From the human T2T-CHM13v2.0 reference genome, Homo sapiens, in assembly GCF_009914755.1 (NCBI RefSeq), contig NC_060937.1: 64,000 nucleotides of DNA, one strand, 5' to 3'. Under the pieces are notes generated by a model that did no database searches, was not told where the DNA came from, and was given only the letters and a program-made list of their open reading frames with translations. A program made the position numbers and the translations under genes. Positions 51,263-64,000 of this stretch are shown here, piece after piece (the stretch's first letter is position 1; the number at the start of each line of letters is the position of its first letter).

Positions 51263-52429
51263 CTATTTCATCCAGTTAGTAGCTGACAGTTGCTGGACAG
51301 CTTTGGAGAAATAAAACACAGTGGAATGAGTATATCTGACCAGCTCTTCCTAGAGGAAACAGATGACAGAGAAAAGGAATGCTCCAAAGAGGAGACTGCA
51401 GTAATTCAAGAGTCTAACAGTAAAGATAGGAAGAAGTGCTGCAGTTGATCATGAGTTCCAGGAATTATGTATGGTTGTCCTTCACTATATTCTCAGCACT
51501 TATAACAATGCCTGCCACCTGATAATTGCTTAATAAATATCACTTCAGTAAATGAGTAACTGAAATGGAAATATTTTCTGAGGAAAACTATAGAATTTGA
51601 ACTCCATCGTCTATAAATAATGATGGATAAAAAATAATTTAAAGATTACTTATGTATTAAGGTTCTGTACTACATTTGGGAGATCTGAGAATTAAAAGTA
51701 AATACACACATACAAGGTGATTATATAGTTATCACATTTAGTATGTGTTATACAAAAATACAGTGGGCAGAGTGTTTCCAGAATTATAAGGAAACTGGGC
51801 GAGAGAGTTTTATCATAAATATTAAGAAGTGCCTTTTTATTTCAATGCACTGTCCTTTAAACAATCAGAAACGTGTAAAAAATCAAAAGTGCAGAAGTAC
51901 AGTTAGAATAAAATAATCCACAAAAAGACAGTACTCTAACTGAAATAATTATATTGGGAAATCTCTCCTTCTAGAACCACATTCCAGAAGCATGAAACTA
52001 CCTGGGAAAAGTCTAAGAAATAATAAGGTGGTGAAAGAGGCTATGATGGGAGAGGAAGAATGTTAGATAAATTATATGGATTTGGAATTAAAAGGATAAA
52101 GCAAGATGCAAAGGAGCAAAGTGCTATTTTATTTTTCAACAGTTAGACCTGTTGGGAAGAGGCCAGTCAGATGAAATTACAGTACCTCTCACAATGACTA
52201 AGGAGTCGGGCAATGGGAGGTTTTAGTTGAAATGGCAAGTTCTGACCTGAGGTGCGACTTCAGACTTCTGCAGTCTGCCTTGTTTCGACTTTAGGAGGTG
52301 AGAGGAAAATTACTTCCAATAATATAGGATTCAACCTATAAATGATGGGGCTCAAGAGACAGGACCGACAGTCAGGGCAGGAGGAGGAGCAAGACCGGAC
52401 CTAGAAGCATTCTGAAAATGTGTAGGTTT

Positions 52430-53840
52430 TCACTGGGGCGCGCCAGAAGGGCACTCTCCGCCCCCTCGCCCGAGGACGTGTGACATCTCCGGAGGAAGCC
52501 TCCGAGATTCCTGTGAAAATGGGAGGTCCACACGCCCATTCGCGATGACAGACACAGAGAGGGCTGCGCAGCCTTGAACACAGAACCGGGCCCAGGTGGA
52601 GTCCGCCGGCTTCTGGAGAGATCTGCGAGACGAAATGGTGTCGGCGCAGCGTCGCCGGCGCGGCGGGGCAGCGTGGGGACCCTCTGACCCTGAAGGTCCC
52701 CCTGCCCGCCGCGCCCGGCCCCCGTGAGCCGTTGGGTCTGGGGAAGGGAGGGCCCTTACCCATGTGCTGCGTGTCCAGCTGCACGGCCGGCATCTCCTTC
52801 AGAGGGATGTGGCCAGTCCCCCCGTCTCTGCAGCACCGCAGGCAGCACAACACCGAGGTGGCCATCGCGCAGGGACCACCGACTCCGCCGCCGTCCCTAG
52901 ACCGAGGCGACACTGCCCCCCGCCGCTCAGCTCCGTCTCCTGCCCCCGCCCGAGGTCCGGACTTGTCTATGTGGAGCTCGGAGGCCGGTACAGCGACACC
53001 CTAGGCCGGGAGGGCGCAATGCAGGCTGAGCTTAGGCTGGCCTGCGAGGAAGACGCGGAGAATCAAGGGGCCGGGGAGAGACCGGACAGGGCGAGCGGCC
53101 GGGCTGGGCCGGGGAGACGGGTGGGGCTAGTGGCGCGCGGAGGCGTGGCAGGGGGCGTGGCGTTGCGGGCCTGCGGATGTGGGACGGCGTGCGCCTGCGC
53201 ACCAGCTGGTTTTTTCTCCTTGGGCGGTTTCGCGCACGCCCCCAGGGCTGACAGGTGAGTGGGGCTGTCTGTCCCTCAGTACTTCCAGGGGTTTTCCTAT
53301 GCAGAATTTTTAAAACGCAGCACCCCTTGGTCCCGGCCTCGACATTATTTCTAGGGATGGATTGACAGAAGCGAATCAGTTTGGGGGAAGGGGAGCTAAT
53401 GGAAATGACTTCCGAGTTTTCCCTCCGCGGGCCCAGGTTGAGCAGGCTTTGCCACCACGGAGAGCCCCAGTCTCCCTGCCGTGGCTGGTTTCCCTCACAT
53501 GCTAAATAGACTCACGTGGGCCCCAGGAGTAATGCCTGTTAGTGACTGCACTGTGGATGTTCACCGGGGCTCACGCGGGCCCTAATGCATTTTCGGTGCA
53601 GAGACGCGCCCTACCTGGCCCATCGGGCTGCGTGGTCCGGGGCGCGTGGGAGGCCGCCCTGGGAGCAGAACGCTGGGGCGGGGTCGGGGGCGATTCTTGA
53701 CCTGCCTCTTCCAAGCTCCCCCTGTCTGGTGCACTGAGGGTTCCGAGGAATGTGACGGGAACCCAGGAGGCTGCGGGAAGTCTGCTGGGTCCCGAGGGAA
53801 GCCTTCGGCTCCTACCGTCCGCTACTTTCTGCTTCCACAC
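52430..53840. promoter_or_regulatory. SPRYD7: CpG-island promoter of SPRYD7
   Basis: Dense CpG/GC sequence over exon 1. GC/KLF boxes (GGGGCGTGG near 53152), NRF1-type TGCGCCTGCGCA at 53190-53201, CACGTG at 53513-53518. Confidence 0.88.
52760..52865 (-). CDS. SPRYD7: SPRYD7 (SPRY domain-containing 7, CLLD6/C13orf1) exon 1, coding part (MATSVLCCLRCCRDGGTGHIPLKEMPAVQLDTQHM)
   Basis: ATG at 52865-52863 in strong context (GCGATGG); donor G|GTAAGG; 106 nt; recognised N-terminus. Confidence 0.96.
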
Positions 53841-53908
53841 GGGAGGCTGTCACCTGTCATCTCCTTCCCCACTTAGATCATCCTTCCGTGGTAGATTTTA
53901 CATCTTCA

Positions 53909-54210
53909 GGCCGGGTGCAGTGGCTCACGCCTGTAATCCCAGCACTTTGGGAGGCTGAGGTGGGCGGATCACCTGAGGTCAGGAGTTCAAGACCAGGATG
54001 GCCAACATGGTGAAACCCCGTCTCTACTAAAAATACAAAAATTAGCTGGGTGCGGTGGTGCACGCCTGTAATCCCAGCCACTCAGGAGGTTGTGGCACGA
54101 GAATCGCTTAAACCCGGGAGGCGGAGGTTACAGTGAGCCTAGATCGCGCCACTGCCCTCCAGCCTGGGCAACAGAGACTCTGTCTCCAAAAAAAAAAAAA
54201 AAAAAAAAAA
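53909..54210 (+). mobile_element. AluS-like
   Basis: Alu dimer plus poly(A). Confidence 0.9.
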
Positions 54211-54940
54211 GATACCGCTTGGCATCTGGAAATGTCTGGGACGACCTCTAGAATTAACCTAGCTCAAACCTCTGTTCCCAGATCAGTTTCATCCTGAAGG
54301 CTTCCCTAGGGATGGATCATCAAGTCCTGGGAAACTGGACATAAAATGCCCACTACTTAAATAATGATTTCCCATACGTAACTTTTAGTGACCCGAGTTA
54401 TAAATGTTTTTTAAGGAGGATTTCTATCTATGCAATGAGGGGAATTTTTCAGGTTCCTGGTTCTCTTTCTATAAATGGTGTTTTCATTACAATACTAAGG
54501 GAAAGTTTTGTACGTTGAAATTAAGTTACCATAGAATTTAATAACCAAGGTGATTATTAAACTGATTGAGGGTTGGTCTTTTCCCCCATTGCGTATGCAG
54601 TACTTTCTTGGTAATCATTTCACACAAGAAATTTTCTTTTATGACAAACCTTCATCGTTATGCTGGGAATTAAGTGCTTTGATTTTTTTTTTTTTTTTTT
54701 TTTTTAACCCCAGGGAAGTGCTGGGGGCGGGGCAGGGGGTGAGAATTTTAACAGAATATTGGAGAGACAAAATTTTTCTACCGTTTATATATATATATCT
54801 AGTTGAATTATTTCAAGATTTCAAGGTCAGTATTGTCCCCATTTTATAGGTGAAGAAATAGGCCTAGAGGTACTAAACTTTACAACTTCAGGTGAGCAGG
54901 AGATAAACAGGTAGGATTCAAGGCTTACCAGTCTGATTCC

Positions 54941-55364
54941 TGTTAGAAGAAAAACTTCAGCTGAACTAAATTTAAAGGAGTTAAACTGAGCAGTGAATGA
55001 CTGGGCAGCCCCCAGAATCACAGCAGATTCAGAGAGACTCCAGGGATGCCTCGTGGTCAGAACAAATTTTTAGACAAAAAGAGGGAAGTGACGTACAGAA
55101 ATCAGCAGTGAGATACAGAAACAGCTGCATTGGTTACAGGGGGGCGTTTGCCTTATTTGAACACAGTTTGAACAATCAGCAGTGTATGACTGGTTGAAGT
55201 ATGGCCGCTGGGATTGGCCAAGACTCAGCTATTGTTACAGGTGCATACTCCTAAATTAGGTTTTCAAGCTTGTCTGCCTATTAACCTAGGTTACAGTTCG
55301 TACACAAGGACTCAAATACAGAAGTACAGAGTCCTTCTCAGGCCATATTTAGTTTGCTTTAACA
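54941..55364. mobile_element. MER57-like ERV1 solo LTR
   Basis: TGTTAGAAGAAAAACTTCAGC...GGCCATATTTAGTTTGCTTTAACA with TG...CA termini. Confidence 0.8.
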
Positions 55365-56692
55365 CTGCCTCTCAAATTCTTTCTCTTATAATTAATGCTA
55401 TAATCCTCTTAAACATGCTCTCAGTTCAAAATGCAGATTTGCCCTTTTTTGTGTGTTTCATTTATCTCCACATTGGATATAAGCTGCCATAATGCATGTA
55501 TAGACAAAATATAATAGAATTAGTTGTTATAAAGTAAAAATTTTGTTCAGAAATATTATTAAAAGAAGTACATGTATTATATATGTAATAAACATTTAGG
55601 CCATTCAAGTCAGTCACATCTTCAATGAAAAGCCAGACACTAAATGGCCGTGAATTGGACATTACTATAGAGAGGCAGAAGGGCCATAGTCTTTCCTAGC
55701 TGGAAAAGTAATTTGCTGGGGCGCTGCCCGGTGCACTTTGCCCCCATCCTAGCAACTCGAGTGTGCTCAGCAGAATGAAGTTAGCAAAACTGGTTAGCTC
55801 CTGAAACAGACTTCCCTGTCTTGGCAGATTAACACCATCCATGAGCTCACTTTTCCTTCTAATATCTGGGATTCTAATATCCATTCATTATTACTTTCAA
55901 AGGAATTATCCTCTCTTTTTGAAAAGCACAACGTTAAAGATGTTTTGACACTCTTTCACAGCTATCGCTTTAAATAACAATCACAAATAAAGCCAAAAAT
56001 AGTTTCTCAAGGTCATTTATCTAAGTCATAAGCAATAAGAAAGAATGACTACTTCAAAAAAAGAGTCTGTCTGCTTCCAAGACATGCCAGGAACTCGAGA
56101 ACTGAGAACAATAATGTAAAGCTTGTGTTTCAGAGTTGAGATTAGCATTATGCTTAAGATTTTCTTTAATGTTTTTTTATGCCAGCTGGACGTCTTCTGT
56201 TAGTGAATTTCCCATTCTGTACTGGGTCATACGAAATGAGTTTTTAAAAACTCATTAATCAGTTATTAAACAAAACATTTTTCCTTAGACTAATCCAAAC
56301 CACATTTGTGATCTTTTTAAAAATCAGAAACATTAACAAAAACTCATTTTTCTAAAAACTGACATATTTCTGGAGCCTTGACCAATTCATTATTATAATT
56401 TTGAGTAACTAATAGTGATTGACATTTATGTAGTGCTTATTATTGCCAGGCACTGTTCTAAGTGTTTTTTAAAAATAAACTAATTTAGTCTTTGTAACAA
56501 CCATGTGAGGGAAAAACTATCCTCCACTTTACAGATGAGGAAGCTGAAGAAAAAATAAGAAATGTACTCAAAAGTTGCACAGTCAATGAAGGATGAAGCT
56601 AAATTCAAACAGACATTCTGGCTCTAGGGTCTGTGTTCTTAACCACTCTGCAAACTGCCTCCTAGGGTGTTACATTTAAAAATACATTCCTA

Positions 56693-57775
<1,083 letters not shown>

Positions 57776-59171
57776 AGTACTTTTAATTGCTAAGACAGGT
57801 AAACCAGGTTGGAGACTTGGAAAATGCAGAGACTTGGCATTAGGAAGAAAAAGAAGCTGGGGTAAAATAAAGGAATTTGAAAAAGGTACAAAAGAAATAA
57901 AAATAGAACAATTTTTTTAATATTTAAAATGAAGAAAAAGCAATAGCAAGTGCTACATAAAAAAGGTCTCAGAGAATAGAAAATGTGATTTACCAAAAAC
58001 TTTCAACCTAGAACTGTACCTTATTCTGCTTACCTTCCATGGAAAATAAAGCAGACTGTCATAAACCAAGGGGATTTCTGTGATCCCTGCCCAACCTCAA
58101 GTTCCCTTACTCGAAATGCAAGTACCCTAGTGTATTTCTAAGTACTTTTCCTTGCCAATTTAGATTCTAAGTACTACTGTGGCAATAATTAGCGAAAATA
58201 GATACTGAGGATACAAAAGGGAGACAAAGCAAAGGTCAAAACCAAAGTAGTTTTTTGCATTTTCAAAAGAAATAAAGGAAGATGAGGACAAGTAAAGTTC
58301 GTCCTTGGATCTATGCTCCTTATTAACAGGAGGGCATTTAAACCTGTGACTTTGTAGAAAGGGCTGATGAGAAGTGTGTACAAAGTTTTCATGGCCAAAG
58401 ATAAGGCTACATAATCTGGTATTATGGGAGAAAGGCTGGAGAACACTTAGCTGTGCCAAATAGTTCAAATAAAAGCTTCCCAAAGCATCTCAAGCATTCA
58501 AGTGATTCTGTGTCTTTGAAGTACAGTAGGGGTCAAGGAGCAAGAAGTCACCATCTCCAGATTATAAAGTGAAAAAGTACTCGACATTTGCAGAAAGGAC
58601 CAGACAGAAGAAAAAAACACTTCTGGGTATATATAATATCTGCAACCAAACAAAATTATAAATATTTTGTTGAAATTGTGAGAAAGACCCTAAAATATTT
58701 CTAGTAACAAGGAAGGTCACATGGATTATTAAAATGTACCCAACATTACTAATTTAGGATAGATACAATGCCATTTAGTCTCTATAATTTTATTTTTGTG
58801 AATGTAAAAATATTTATAAAGTTTTTCAAAAGGCTCCACCTATAGTGACAATCCCTTCAAACCTATTTTCTCAATAATGGCCCTGCAGATGAATATCCCC
58901 GGGACTGTCAGAAACCTGCCTTTTGTGTTGAGAAGGAACTGCTATACTTCTGTTAAAGCAAGTGTGTCTATGGTTGTAAATATGGTGCTGGATAGAATTA
59001 GTGTAGTTCTGGGGACAACTGCTAAGCCACTATGCTTTACAGATTCTGTAACCTGAGTCATAGGGAACGTGGGACTACTTAAAATTGTTGGTGAAAGTTT
59101 ATGAAACTCTGGATTGTTCGAAAAATGCTCAAAACAAAAAACAACAAAAAAAAGAAACAACCCTATGAGAG

Positions 59172-60845
<1,674 letters not shown>

Positions 60846-60859
60846 ACAGATTTTTTAAA

Positions 60860-63160
<2,301 letters not shown>

Positions 63161-63365
63161 AGACTTTTTATAACTTGAATTAACAAAGATTTTGACTACA
63201 AAGAATAATCATTCTTAGTTTAATCTTTGTAAATAGGGATAGTCAGAAATCATACCAAGATTTTGAAAATACCTGTATGGATGATTTATGGTTGGAAATA
63301 CCACTGTGAGTTTTTCTATTGACTATTCATTTTATAGTTACTTTTGTAAAAGCCAGTAGTAAAGC

Positions 63366-63679
<314 letters not shown>

Positions 63680-63820
63680 TCAAGATCTTTGGTTTTTTTT
63701 TTTTTTTAGTATTTTATTTGTTTTAAGGATTCCTACAGAGTTAGCTAACATGGTCCATGTTCATTTCAAATGTATAAATCACCCACTTCAGTATTTTAAG
63801 TTTATAAAAATCTTTAAATG

Positions 63821-64000
63821 TGTAAATCAAAAATAAAATTCTAAGACCCCTTCTTCCCCCAGCTGTCTGAATGGACTCCCTCTTCTCAGCCAGAGCACTC
63901 CAAAGTTAGCCTGAAAAACTGGTTCAGGCCATGATGGGAAGAGGGGGATCAGACATGCATCATTATGCCCTTCTCCTTTTTGGAATTCAGGAAAAGCTGA
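63821..64000 (+). mobile_element. MER4-family LTR, 5' part, running off the window
   Basis: TGTAAATCAAAAATAAAATTCTAAG...CCTGAAAAACTGGTTCAGGCCATGATGGGAAG. Confidence 0.8.

Noticed and set aside
52401-53258. 170-aa and 164-aa ORFs across the CpG island
   Set aside because: The first is exon 1 read through the donor into the intron. The others reflect stop-codon scarcity in GC-rich DNA.

Overview
Primate (human or ape-like) genomic DNA. The gene content matches the chr13q14 locus as I recall it; species cannot be determined from the sequence alone. It holds the complete five-exon SPRYD7 gene on the minus strand (196 aa, all junctions GT-AG, CpG-island promoter near 52.4-53.8 kb). It also holds an intronless CTAGE (cTAGE5/MIA2-derived) retrocopy on the plus strand, at the position of human CTAGE10P, which keeps an uninterrupted 775-codon ORF. 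The rest is repeat-dense: roughly 60 Alus plus L1, ERV/LTR, Tigger3b, MER5 and MIR elements, two Y4 RNA pseudogenes and two oppositely oriented arrays of a palindromic 63-bp satellite. Most notable: (1) a 1.1-kb Tigger/Alu/Y4 cassette copied from about 19 kb away and fused to the apparent first base of the CTAGE retrocopy; (2) the intact CTAGE ORF with compensating frameshifts at its C-terminus; (3) the inverted palindromic satellite arrays; (4) an inverted Alu pair in the probable long SPRYD7 3' UTR; (5) a 5'-inverted (twin-primed) Alu. I see no evidence of a wholly new biological system. Repeat names come from recalled consensus sequences and repeat boundaries are approximate.
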